A stretch of 64,000 nucleotides of DNA. Origin: Thermoanaerobaculia bacterium (GTDB taxonomy: Bacteria; Acidobacteriota; Thermoanaerobaculia; UBA5066). The notes under the pieces are model-generated. The model made no database searches, was not told where the DNA came from, and was given only the letters and a program-made list of their open reading frames with translations. The translations under genes were made by a program, and so were the position numbers. The DNA lies in the NCBI GenBank assembly GCA_963816185.1, contig CAWFJJ010000006.1, positions 23,588 through 87,587 of the forward strand, read 5' to 3'. Position 1 is the first letter of the stretch, and every line of letters starts with the position of its first letter. This document shows, one piece after another, positions 20,028-29,686 of the stretch.

Positions 20028-22175
20028 ATGAAGCGGTTCGCCCCCCTCGCTCTCGTTTTGCTGACGGCCGCCCCCTGCGCCGCGCAGTGGCGCTACCCAC
20101 CCTCCAGGACTGTCGACGCTGCGGATACGTACTTCGGGAAGACCTACAAGGATCCCTACCGCTGGCTGGAGAACCTCAAGGACAAGGAGGCCGAGGCATG
20201 GTTCAAGGCGCAGGGGGAGCTGACGGAACGCCTCCTGGCGAAGATCCCGGCACGGGATGCCCTCGCCAAGGAGTGGATGGAGCTGGACAAGCTGAAGCCC
20301 GCAACGTACTCGTCCATCACCTACGAGAACGGGCGGATCTTCTACAAGAAGACCCTCGGAGGCGAGAACGTGGGCAAGCTCTTCTTCCGCCAGGGTTGGA
20401 ACGGGACGGAAAAGCTGCTCTTCGACGCCTCCACCTACAAGGCGGGGGTGACGACGACGATCGAGAGCCTGCTCCCCTCTGTTGACGGGCATTACGTCGC
20501 CATAGGCCTCTCAGCGAACGGGGCCGAATACTCCGAGATCCGGATCCTGGACGTCGACCGGGGGGCCCTGCTCCCCGAGAGCATCTACCCTTCCTACGGC
20601 CCGTATGGTTGGACGCTGGACAGCAAGTCTCTCTTCTACGACGCAGGGAAGGTCACCGACATCAAGAGCCTCGACATCGAACTGAACCGCAAGACCAGGC
20701 TGCACAAGATCGGCACGAACTTCGCCGCCGACCGCGACTTCTTCAGCAACGAGAGCAACCCCGAACTCGGGATCGCTCCGAAGGAATTCCCGTCGGCCTT
20801 CATCGACGAGTCGTACCCCGACACGATCGTGGGAACGGCCGGCACGGTGCAGAACGAGATGCGGGTCTTCTACGCTCCTGCTTCCGAGTTGAAGTCCCCG
20901 AAGATCAAATGGAAGGTCCTCTGTACACCTTCGGACAACCTCGTCCGCGGCATGGCCTTCCACAAGGGCTTCGTCTACGCCGTCACCCATACGAACGCCC
21001 CCCGCTACAAAGTGGTCCGGACAAGCGTGAAGCATCCCGACTGGGCGCACGCGGAGACCGTCCTTCCGGAAGCGAAGGACTCCATCCAGTCCATTACCAA
21101 GACCAAGGACTTCCTCTTCGTCGTGTACTCCAACGGGATCCTCGCCCGCATCGTCAAGTACGAATTCGCGACCGGGAAGGCGAACGAGATCAAGCTTCCC
21201 GGTTCGGGTACGGTCTTTGTAGTCTGTCCCGACTGGCATACCAACCGGTGCATCGTCTACCTAACCTCGTGGACCAGCCCCACGACCCTCTACGATTTCG
21301 ACGGGGACAAGGACACCTTCGCAAAGAGCATCTTCAACACGGACGTCTCGTACCCGGGCTTCGACACCCTCGTCACGGAAGAGGTGGAGGTTCCGGGACA
21401 CGACGGCGCCCTGATCCCCCTCTCCATCATCCACAAGAAGGGCATTCCGCTCGACGGGAGCAGCAGCTGCATCCTGGGGGGCTATGGCGCCTACGGGATC
21501 AGCGCTTCGCCGTACTTCGACGTGAAGCGTTCGATCGCCTTGCGGGGTGTCGTCCTGGCCTACGCTCATCCCAGGGGTGGAAGTGAGAAGGGCGAGGCCT
21601 GGTACAAGGCGGGCTACAAGACGACCAAGCCGAACACTTGGAAGGACTTCATCTCCTGCGCGGAATTCCTGGTGAAGAAGGGCTATACCAGCCCCGAGCA
21701 TCTCGCGGGCACCGGCACCAGTGCCGGAGGGATCCTGATCAGCCGGGCCGTCACCTCGCGCCCGGACCTCTTCGCCGCCGCCGTCTGTAACGTCGGATGC
21801 GCCAACGCCATGCGCATGGAGTTCTCCCCGAACGGCCCTGTCAATACTCCCGAATTCGGCACGGTCAAGGATCCCGTCGAATGTGAAGCCCTATACGAGA
21901 TGGACGGGGTCCAGCACGTCCAGCCGGGGGTGAAGTACCCGGCCGTGCTCTGCGTCGGCGGCTGGAACGATCCGCGCGTCGCCCCGTGGGAGCCCGGGAA
22001 GTTCGCGGCCGCCCTCCAGAACGCGAGCACCTCGGGAAAGCCCGTCCTGATGAAGGTCAACTACGACAACGGCCACTTCACCGAGGAGAAGATCGTCACC
22101 TTCAAGAATTTCGCGGGCCAGTTCGCGTTTCTGCTCTGGCAGACCGGCCACAAGGAGTTCCAACCGGTGAACTAG
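20028..22175 (+). CDS. Prolyl oligopeptidase (S9A), secreted
   Basis: DPYRWLE, GYGAYG, RGGSEKG, GTSAGG nucleophile, NDPRV, GH. Confidence 0.92.
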   Translation: MKRFAPLALVLLTAAPCAAQWRYPPSRTVDAADTYFGKTYKDPYRWLENLKDKEAEAWFKAQGELTERLLAKIPARDALAKEWMELDKLKPATYSSITYENGRIFYKKTLGGENVGKLFFRQGWNGTEKLLFDASTYKAGVTTTIESLLPSVDGHYVAIGLSANGAEYSEIRILDVDRGALLPESIYPSYGPYGWTLDSKSLFYDAGKVTDIKSLDIELNRKTRLHKIGTNFAADRDFFSNESNPELGIAPKEFPSAFIDESYPDTIVGTAGTVQNEMRVFYAPASELKSPKIKWKVLCTPSDNLVRGMAFHKGFVYAVTHTNAPRYKVVRTSVKHPDWAHAETVLPEAKDSIQSITKTKDFLFVVYSNGILARIVKYEFATGKANEIKLPGSGTVFVVCPDWHTNRCIVYLTSWTSPTTLYDFDGDKDTFAKSIFNTDVSYPGFDTLVTEEVEVPGHDGALIPLSIIHKKGIPLDGSSSCILGGYGAYGISASPYFDVKRSIALRGVVLAYAHPRGGSEKGEAWYKAGYKTTKPNTWKDFISCAEFLVKKGYTSPEHLAGTGTSAGGILISRAVTSRPDLFAAAVCNVGCANAMRMEFSPNGPVNTPEFGTVKDPVECEALYEMDGVQHVQPGVKYPAVLCVGGWNDPRVAPWEPGKFAAALQNASTSGKPVLMKVNYDNGHFTEEKIVTFKNFAGQFAFLLWQTGHKEFQPVN

Positions 22176-22319
22176 GGGGCTTGGCCCTGTCGGTGAGGAT
22201 TCTCTGAGATCGGCTAGCTTCGGTATTCGCGCAGGAACAATGGCTCCAACCCTCGGGTGCAGAGAGGAAGGTGTAATCGATGAGGCCGAGATCGTCCATG
22301 ACTTGCGGGCCAGCCGGGG

Positions 22320-23264
22320 TTATGGGACGACGTGGGTGCCCGCCTTGCCGGCGAGGGCGAGGCCGACGTGGGCAGGGTCGGTGATGATCGCCTCGCGGCC
22401 GCCTCCCTCCAGGAAGTCGATCACCGCCTCGATCTTCGGAAGCATGCTCCCCGCCTTGAAATGACCTTCGGCCATGTAGCGCCGCGCATCGGCGACGGTC
22501 ATCCGGTCGATGTCCTTCTGGTGCGGCGTCCCGAAGTCGAGGCAAACCGTCGCGACGCCCGTCGAAACGACGAACAACGCGGCTCCCAGCTCGCGCGCCA
22601 GGAGGCTCGACGCATGGTCTTTGTCGATGACCGCGGCCGCGCCCCGGATAACCCCCGCGGCGTCTTCGACCACGGCGATCCCCCCTCCGCCCGCCGCGAC
22701 GACCACGAAGCCGGCGTCGAGCAGACTCTTTACCGCGCCGAGCTGAAGGATCGCGGTCGGCGCCGGCGAGGCGACGACGCGCCGCCATCCCCGCCCAGCG
22801 TCCTCGACCAGGTCCCACCCGTCCGCCGCGCGGTGGAACTCCGCCTGCTCCTTAGACAGGAACGATCCGATGGGTTTGTTCGGCTTCTCGAACGCGGGAT
22901 CGGCGCGGTCCACGAGACAGAGCGTGACCAACGTGGCCGTTGCCTTCTCGATGCCGAGACGCCGGAACTCATTGAAGAGCGCGAGCTGGATGTGGTAGCC
23001 GAGCGCCCCCTGCGTGTCCGCCACGCAGGAGTCAAGCGGCACCGTGTGGAGCTCTTTCGACGCGAGCTCGGACCGGCGCAGGATGAAGCCCACCTGCGGG
23101 CCGTTTCCGTGCGTGATCACGAGCCTGAGGTTCGGCTCTCGGAGGAGCGGCGCGATGTGGCGGCACGTTTCGGAGCACGCCTGGTATTGGTCCGGGACGC
23201 GCTGGTGCTCCTTGTCCGTGATGAGCGAGTTCCCGCCGATTGCGATGACGGCCGTCCTGATCAC
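22320..23264 (-). CDS. arcC: Carbamate kinase
   Basis: VIAIGGNS, THGNGPQVG, EDAGRGWRRVVASP, AVIDKD, GSMLPKI; GTG after GGAGG. Confidence 0.92.
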   Translation of the reverse strand: MIRTAVIAIGGNSLITDKEHQRVPDQYQACSETCRHIAPLLREPNLRLVITHGNGPQVGFILRRSELASKELHTVPLDSCVADTQGALGYHIQLALFNEFRRLGIEKATATLVTLCLVDRADPAFEKPNKPIGSFLSKEQAEFHRAADGWDLVEDAGRGWRRVVASPAPTAILQLGAVKSLLDAGFVVVAAGGGGIAVVEDAAGVIRGAAAVIDKDHASSLLARELGAALFVVSTGVATVCLDFGTPHQKDIDRMTVADARRYMAEGHFKAGSMLPKIEAVIDFLEGGGREAIITDPAHVGLALAGKAGTHVVP

Positions 23265-23387
23265 GTGAACCTCCTTCCTCCGGCACGCCGAGGATGTCAG
23301 TCCGCCGCCCGCTACGCTTTCTGGCGTCAGTCTAACATCAAGCGGTAGAGAGACCTGTGACGCAGGTGGCCAGTCTTGCCCCTTGAG

Positions 23388-23602
23388 TGTAGGGGTGCAA
23401 TCGGAATTGGCGAAGGCACGATGGATCTGCCGTTTCGCGTCGACTACCTCGACGCCGAGCGGATGCTGCCGGTGCTGAATCGAAAAGCAGCCTGAAGGGT
23501 GGTTACGAAAGGCGTGGGCCGTGTGCGCGCCGAGAAAGGAGCCGAGGGCGTGACTCTGGTCTCTACCCGCTACAGCGTCCCGCAATCCCACTGCCTCTTA
23601 CA
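23388..23602 (+). mobile_element. MITE-like internal-deletion derivative of the IS at 61840-63939
   Basis: Starts TGTAGGGGTGCAATCGGAATTG and ends GCAATCCCACTGCCTCTTACA; interior encodes GEGTMDLPFRVDYLDAERMLPVLNRKAA*, homologous to the transposase C-terminus. Confidence 0.85.
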
Positions 23603-23727
23603 CCGTCGGTCACGTTCTCAATCCCCGGCCCCGTAGACGGCACTCTGTCCAGACTGATATCGTCGGGCGAACCACCCGGAGTCGACGGCAACGCAGACAA
23701 CGAGATCGGACCGAAGGGGACACGCTC

Positions 23728-24000
23728 GTGAAGGTCAACGTATCGAGGTTCAACGCGTCCATTTTCGAGCTCGTCTACCCGGACAAGAAGGAGCGCGCCT
23801 TCCTGCGCCGCGTGGACCCGGAGTTCCTCGAAGCCCTGCAAGCCGAGGCCGCGTACGAGAGCAAGCTCAAGAAATTGCCGTTCGGCCTGGGGAAGAAACT
23901 GCTCTCCCCGCCGACGATCGAGATCACTGAAGCGCGCTGGCAAAGTCTGCGCGCCCGGATCTCCGGCTCCTTCCCGGCCGTGAAGATCGGTGGATCATGA
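23728..24000 (+). CDS. Hypothetical protein
   Basis: GC3-biased ORF with GAAGGGG RBS; 3' part duplicated at 19116-19182. Confidence 0.55.
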   Translation: MKVNVSRFNASIFELVYPDKKERAFLRRVDPEFLEALQAEAAYESKLKKLPFGLGKKLLSPPTIEITEARWQSLRARISGSFPAVKIGGS

Positions 24001-24481
24001 GGCTAGTCCTCACCAGGATCGCATCCGACTCTCGAATGGGACGCCGGTGAGCGAGGAAAGCGTTCTCTTGGTGGTTCCACGGCTCAGTCTCGATGGAGAT
24101 AGCCGCGAGGTTGGAGACCTCGTCTTCACAACCCGGCAAGTCTTCCTGGTCAAGACGGCCGACAACGCGGTCGCACGAACGTTCGGCCTTATCGAAGCAG
24201 CCGCAGCAGCGGCCCAACGCAGCAGAAACTCCTTCCAACAGCTTCAGGCTCGGCCTCTCAAGACTCTTCTCGCCATGGCGGAGCCACGCACGCGGTTCGA
24301 GTATCGTGAGCTTCAGAGCATCACCGTCAAGCTCGGCGGCCTCTTTTCCTGCCCCGCCGTCAGGATGATCCCCCACCACGGCCGGCGCCTCAAGCTCTCG
24401 GGTAAGCGGTCGACTCTCATACACCTCGCCACCGCCATTTCCCTCCTGGCTCGTGTTGGAGCACCTATATCGCTTTCGTAG
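23990..24481 (+). CDS. Hypothetical protein (start possibly GTG 24047)
   Basis: ORF track; plausible composition; no recognised motif. Confidence 0.45.
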   Translation: MDHEASPHQDRIRLSNGTPVSEESVLLVVPRLSLDGDSREVGDLVFTTRQVFLVKTADNAVARTFGLIEAAAAAAQRSRNSFQQLQARPLKTLLAMAEPRTRFEYRELQSITVKLGGLFSCPAVRMIPHHGRRLKLSGKRSTLIHLATAISLLARVGAPISLS

Positions 24482-25273
24482 CGTCGCGTCGCCCAACCCC
24501 GCGCTCAGGCCTGGGCGCCTGACGCCGGCAAGCTCGCCGAATGGCCCTCGAAGGCGAGGCGCGCAGCGTCGGCGTGTCGTGATACAGCCTGCAGCAGTCG
24601 CTGAGCCAGATTTTGTCTGATGAAAGTGACCGGCAGGCATCAAAAACTGGCATCGCAAGCGCTTCTAGCCAAGGCATCGCCCTGGTCCACAACTTGCGTA
24701 AAGGGCACGCGACCAGCTCCGGTCCGTCCGGAGTCTATTGCCTAACCGATAGGAGGCTTGCTTGACGTTCGCTGTTTCGTTGCAGGCTGTTCTGCTCGCG
24801 GGAACTTCTTCTGGGCGCGGCACGCGCGTCCGCTATCCTGGCATCCACGAGGACGCCGAGTACTTTGCTAAGCGCTGGAATCAGGGGAGCGACTTGCTCC
24901 ACATCAACCAGGATGGGCGCTCGCTGCGTCTTGATGGGGGGGTGGAAAGTGAGTAGGGTCTATGCTTGTCCTGCCTGCCGTGATTCAGGGTTCCGTTTCG
25001 TCGCAGTCCACGATGCGGCCAACACCAACGTCAATTCGACAGGATATGTGTTTCGCTGGCAACCATGCAACGCTAATCCGTGCCTCGCTCCCGATGACGA
25101 AGAGACACTTTCCGTCCGGAGGAAGAACGAGCCAAGACACGCTCCGAGCGGACTTGAATCAAGCGGCGTCGAGAATCGCTCGACACGTGCCCATCAGATT
25201 CCTCGTTCCTAGCCGCTTTCCCCCGTCCGGTTCAAATAGCCAGTCGTTCATTCAGTAGGGGTTTTGGCGGTGC

Positions 25274-25474
25274 TCAACTCTTCGGCTTCCAGACCGCCGC
25301 GTCAATCGTGGCGAGGATGTGTCCTATCCAGCCGAGGAGGAGGAACCAAAGAACGCCGGACAGAATGAAGAACCCGAGGGCGGCGAGTACACGCCCCTGA
25401 ATGAGCTGCCCGAGCCCCGGGATGAAGAAGCTGACGAGCGCGGCGATCACGTTCCCAGCCGATCCCTGTCCCAT
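25274..25474 (-). CDS. Small membrane protein
   Basis: MGQGSAGNVIAALVSFFIPGLGQLIQGR (SFFIPGLGQ motif); TATCAT 6 nt before ATG. Confidence 0.75.
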   Translation of the reverse strand: MGQGSAGNVIAALVSFFIPGLGQLIQGRVLAALGFFILSGVLWFLLLGWIGHILATIDAAVWKPKS

Positions 25475-25728
25475 GCCGGAATGATACGGCTCGGCGACGA
25501 GGCGGTTTTCCCGCGGGTTCTGCAGCCGACGAGCGCGCCCACACCGCCTTGCCTCGATCATCGGCAGTCCTGTTAACCAGCGAAGCATCGCCCCAGCGGA
25601 TCTGTTGACCGTTCTCAGCCGCTCTCGACACTTCAGGCCCCGAATCCACCAAAGAGGCCCTGCTGACAAACACTCGGAACAGGGCCATTCTGGGCTCGCG
25701 TCGCGAGGCGCGGCCGCGAAGGAGGACG

Positions 25729-26739
25729 ATGGACAATTCACGGACGTACCGCGCCGTGATGCTCACGAGGAAAGGCGGCCCGGAGGCGCTAGAGGTGGTG
25801 GAGCTGCCTGTCCGCGAGCCGGCCCCAGACGAGCTGCGTGTGCGCGTACGCGCAGCGGGCGTCGGCTCCACCGACGTCGTCATGCTCAGCGGTTCGTACC
25901 CGTACGCGCCGAAGATCCCCTTCGTGCCGGGCTACGAGGTGGCCGGCGTCGTCGACGCGGTCGGGTCGGGCGTGACGGGCTTCGCGCCCGGACAGCGCGT
26001 CGCCGCGCTCACGGTTCACGGCGGCTTCGGCGAGCTCCTCTATCGCGAGGCGGAGCATTTCCTGCCGATACCCGACGGGGTGTCCGATGTCGAAGCAGCT
26101 GCGGTCATCCTCAACTACGTGACCGCCTGGCAGGCGATCCACCGCAAGGCCAAGGTCCGCGAAGGAAGGACCGCGCTCGTCACGGCGGCGGCCGGCGGCG
26201 TTGGCACGGCGGTACTGCAGCTCTTGCGGCTCGCCGGACTGAGGACCTACGGCGCGGCGTCGGCCGGCAAGCACGGCACCGTGCGCGCGCTCGGCGCCAC
26301 GCCGATCGACTACCGCGCCGGGCGCCTCGACCGCCTCGTTCGCGCATTCGAGCCACAGGGCGTCGACTACGTCTTCGACGGCGTGGGCGGAAGCGGCCTA
26401 AGCGCGTGCATCGGCGCGCTCCGCCGCGACGGCACGCTGGTCGGCTATGGTTTCATGGCAACCCGAGGACCGGTCGAAACCGTAGCAATGTTCGCGCGGA
26501 TCTTCGTCGGCGCGCGCCTTCGTGGGCGGCGCGGAGCCTTCTACGGCATCACCATGCTCTACCGCAAAGACCCGCAGCCTCTGCGCGAGGACCTGCCCAA
26601 GATCTTCACGCTTCTCACCGAGAAGAAGATCGACCCGCTGGTGACGCGCCGCTTCCCGCTGCTCGGAGCGCGCCAGGCGATCGAGCTGCTGGCCGCCGGC
26701 AGCGTAGAGGGCAAGATCGTGCTCGAGAACCCGGGATGA
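25729..26739 (+). CDS. Medium-chain dehydrogenase/reductase (quinone oxidoreductase-like)
   Basis: GGPEALEV, PFVPGYEVAG, AAGGVG, GKIVL. Confidence 0.88.
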   Translation: MDNSRTYRAVMLTRKGGPEALEVVELPVREPAPDELRVRVRAAGVGSTDVVMLSGSYPYAPKIPFVPGYEVAGVVDAVGSGVTGFAPGQRVAALTVHGGFGELLYREAEHFLPIPDGVSDVEAAAVILNYVTAWQAIHRKAKVREGRTALVTAAAGGVGTAVLQLLRLAGLRTYGAASAGKHGTVRALGATPIDYRAGRLDRLVRAFEPQGVDYVFDGVGGSGLSACIGALRRDGTLVGYGFMATRGPVETVAMFARIFVGARLRGRRGAFYGITMLYRKDPQPLREDLPKIFTLLTEKKIDPLVTRRFPLLGARQAIELLAAGSVEGKIVLENPG

Positions 26740-26921
26740 GCGCCGGTGAGCCCGCTCAATAGGCGGTACGGCCAAGCCTCTCGTTGTCGCGTCAGTCGTG
26801 CTTGCTGCCGAGCTCTGCGAACCGGAATCTCTGATGAGACATTCAGCTTCAACCCGCTCTCAACGGATAACCGAAGGCAGCTCTGTGTCTTACAGATCGT
26901 CGACCGATAGGACCGAACACT

Positions 26922-27087
26922 GCCCCGGGGATTGACTTTTGCCGCGCCCAGCACCACGTTGAGACGAAGACGATGTTGAGGCGTTGACCTGCCGGGCCCT
27001 TCGTGGCCACCCATGCCCGTCAGCGAGCCACTAGTGAAACCGGCAACGTCTCGTTGCCGGTTCTTGCTTTCTCCGACGGTTTGAGGG
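26922..27087 (+). repeat. ~165-bp promoter/riboswitch/terminator module, copy 1 (copy 2 at 41164-41331)
   Basis: Near-identical direct repeat; TTGACT-17nt-CACGTT promoter at 26932-26960. Confidence 0.9.
26966..27070 (+). ncRNA. c-di-GMP-II-like riboswitch with overlapping intrinsic terminator (copy 1)
   Basis: GCCGGGCCCT...GAGCCACTAGTGAAACCGGC resembles the class II GGGCACU/GAG..UAGUGCAACCG pattern; stems GTTGA/TCAGC and GGCGT/ATGCC; terminator AACCGGCAACG-TCT-CGTTGCCGGTT-CTTGCTTT. Confidence 0.65.
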
Positions 27088-27185
27088 GGCCCTCGTATCT
27101 CTCAACCCTCTCAAACTCCTGGCCACACAGCTTCTCGCCCTTCTCCATCTTCTGCTCGTGGGATTTCCCCCAAGGAGGTTTCTCG

Positions 27186-29372
27186 ATGAGTATAGGAATA
27201 CTTCGATCCACCTTTCTGCTCGGTGTCGCGGCTCTGTTGACCGCGGCCGAGCTCGCAGCGGACCAGGCGGTCATCGTGCGGACGATGAAACCGTACGGCG
27301 CGGTCAAGCAGAAGATTGCCGCCCTCGGCGGGACCGTGACATACGAGTTCAAGAATGCGAACGGTCTGGCGGTGAGCATTCCCGACAACAAGCTCGACGC
27401 GTTGAACCTGACCGACGGAGTCCTTTACACCGTGCGCGATGAAACCGTGCCTGCCCCGAAGCCCAAGCTGATCGTCGACGTCACAGGCGACGTTCAGTCG
27501 GACCTGGGCTCGGATGCGGCACCGGCGAACTACTACCCCTACAACAGCGATCTGACCGATGCGCTGCCGCTGCAGACGGCGGGAATTCTCGGGCAGGGGG
27601 TCGTGGTCGGAGTCATCGACACGGGCACCTCTCGCTCGGCGACGGCTCTCTGCACGGGCGCCTGCGCGACGGGGACACGCGTCCTCGGCGGCGAGAGCTT
27701 CGTCCCGGGCGAGCCGGACGCCACGGCCCCCACAAACGGCGCTCACGGAACCTGGGTCGCCTGCATGATCGGCGCGAATCGCACGTTCGGGTTCGCCAGC
27801 ACCAGCGCGCTCGCGATCGCTGTCCGCACGTACTGCACACCGGCGGCTTCCTCCCCCTGCTCGTTCACGGCGGCTCCGGGTGTCGATGGGATCCCGATGG
27901 TCGGCCAGGCTCCCGCAGTGCAATTCTTTGCCCTGAAGGTCTTCCCGGCGTCGGGAGCCGGAGCGCCGACCAGCCGCATCATGGCGGCCATGGATCGCGC
28001 GATCGATCTGAAGAACTCCACCCAGCCGAATATGAAGGTCGTCAACATGAGCCTGGGCGGGCCGACGCTTCTTGCGGGCGGAGACATCGAAGATGAGCTC
28101 GCGACTTCCATGGCCAACTCAGGCATCACCCTCGCCGTCTCGGCAGGCAACGCGGGGCCGAGCGGCATGACGGTCGGAAGCCCCGGTACGGCGCACGGCA
28201 TCCTGACGGTGGGCGCGGCCTCGAGCCCCGTCCATGAGCGCATCCTGCGAGACCTACAGTACGGGGCCGGCGTCGGGCCGCTCTATCGCCCGGACAACAA
28301 CCAGCAGATGGCCTACTTCAGCTCGCGCGGCCCCGACGCGGATGGCCGCATCGATCCGGAGGTCGTCGCCAACGGCTTCGCCTCCTACGCCCAGGGCGCC
28401 GACGGCTCGATCTCCCTGGTCTCCGGAACTTCCTTCTCCGCGCCGACCATCTCCGGCGTCGCGGCCCTCCTCTACAGCGCGAAGCCGTCGGCGACGCCGG
28501 CGCAAATCCGCTCCGCGATCGTCGGCTCGGCGCGTTCGACAGTCATTCCGACCGCGACCGCTGTCGATCAGGGCCACGGCTACGTCGACGCGGCTGCTGC
28601 GGAGACGCTTCTGAATACGAATCCCGGCCCGATCGCCGACACCGGTCCCGCAAAGAAGAAGGTGACGCAGAATGTCCAGGAGGGCGCCGGCATTCAGCCG
28701 ATCAACAGCTCCTCGTTCACCACGCACGTTGCCGATCTGCGGCCCGCGGAGCGCCGCGAGTACTACTACGTCGTCAGCAAGAACACGGCCCAAGTCCGCG
28801 TTACCCTCTCCAACGTGACGCCGGCGCTCCCGGCCTCACAGCAGAACGCGTTGTTCGGCGACGACCTCCTCTTTGCCGTCCACTCCGCCAAGACCTCGGC
28901 GATCGGCGAAGGGGACTACCTCGCCTTCGATTTCGTCAACGGCGCGAGATCCTTCGTTTTCGACCGGCCGGAAAACGGCGTCATGCGCGTCACCGTCAAC
29001 GGAGACTGGACCAACGCCGGGAAGATCGCGACCGACCTCGCGATCGAGGAAGTCACGGCGCCCCGCTCCAAGAAAGACTTCAAGGGGAAGATCTCGCAGG
29101 GCGAGCTCGTCACGCAGACAGTCGACATCCCGGCGGGAACCGCGTCCGTCACGTTCAGCCTCTCCTGGGACAACGACTGGAGCAGCTACCCAACCAACGA
29201 TCTCGATCTGTACCTCGTGTCTCCCGGCGGCGTCCTGAACACCAGCGGTGCGACGTTGAACAGCCCGGAAGTCGTCACGATCACGAACCCGCTGCCGGGC
29301 ACCTGGACGATCTTCGCCGACGGGTTCACGATCTTCGGCAAGGATGACAAGTACGAAATCCGGATCGACTAA
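27186..29372 (+). CDS. S8 subtilisin-like serine peptidase with C-terminal PPC-like domains
   Basis: VIDTG, HGTWVA, AGNAG, SGTSFSAP catalytic motifs; signal peptide; NDLDLYLVSP. Confidence 0.92.
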   Translation: MSIGILRSTFLLGVAALLTAAELAADQAVIVRTMKPYGAVKQKIAALGGTVTYEFKNANGLAVSIPDNKLDALNLTDGVLYTVRDETVPAPKPKLIVDVTGDVQSDLGSDAAPANYYPYNSDLTDALPLQTAGILGQGVVVGVIDTGTSRSATALCTGACATGTRVLGGESFVPGEPDATAPTNGAHGTWVACMIGANRTFGFASTSALAIAVRTYCTPAASSPCSFTAAPGVDGIPMVGQAPAVQFFALKVFPASGAGAPTSRIMAAMDRAIDLKNSTQPNMKVVNMSLGGPTLLAGGDIEDELATSMANSGITLAVSAGNAGPSGMTVGSPGTAHGILTVGAASSPVHERILRDLQYGAGVGPLYRPDNNQQMAYFSSRGPDADGRIDPEVVANGFASYAQGADGSISLVSGTSFSAPTISGVAALLYSAKPSATPAQIRSAIVGSARSTVIPTATAVDQGHGYVDAAAAETLLNTNPGPIADTGPAKKKVTQNVQEGAGIQPINSSSFTTHVADLRPAERREYYYVVSKNTAQVRVTLSNVTPALPASQQNALFGDDLLFAVHSAKTSAIGEGDYLAFDFVNGARSFVFDRPENGVMRVTVNGDWTNAGKIATDLAIEEVTAPRSKKDFKGKISQGELVTQTVDIPAGTASVTFSLSWDNDWSSYPTNDLDLYLVSPGGVLNTSGATLNSPEVVTITNPLPGTWTIFADGFTIFGKDDKYEIRID

Positions 29373-29392
29373 TTTCTGGCTTCACTGATATC

Positions 29393-29425
29393 GAGAGGCC
29401 GCCCGAGAGGGCGGCCTCTCTTTCT
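29393..29425 (+). terminator. Rho-independent terminator
   Basis: GAGAGGCCGCCC-GAGA-GGGCGGCCTCTC followed by TTTCT. Confidence 0.8.
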
Positions 29426-29686
29426 AGGCTCCTCGCGCTTGGCCCGAAGGGTTGCCTCCTGAGATGTCCGTCGCTTTCACCTGCCGCTAGCCTGAACATG
29501 GCCCGAGAAAGCGCGCCGGCGACGAAAACGCGGCGGCTTTCCCAGAATCCCACGCGGAAAGTGAACCGCTCGTGATCTCCGACACTCTCGCTGCGTTCAA
29601 TGTGGTGAGACGCTGGGAAGCGTCCGCCATTTCGGGCGGACACGCGTCGCGGCCGCCCCTTGCGACGCATTGAGAGGAGCAACTCG

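Noticed and set aside
22320-23264. Arginine deiminase operon
   Set aside because: Only carbamate kinase is present; no arcA or arcB in the window
24740-24790. GCCTAAC as an attC end (also 41760; GTTAGGC at 44809)
   Set aside because: No internal palindrome or matching partner box
24762-25258. Short ORFs in a low-GC stretch
   Set aside because: No RBS, codon bias or recognisable motif; at best degraded relics
29458-29476. Sigma-54 promoter TGGCCCGAAGGGTTGC
   Set aside because: GG-to-GC spacing is 11, not 10
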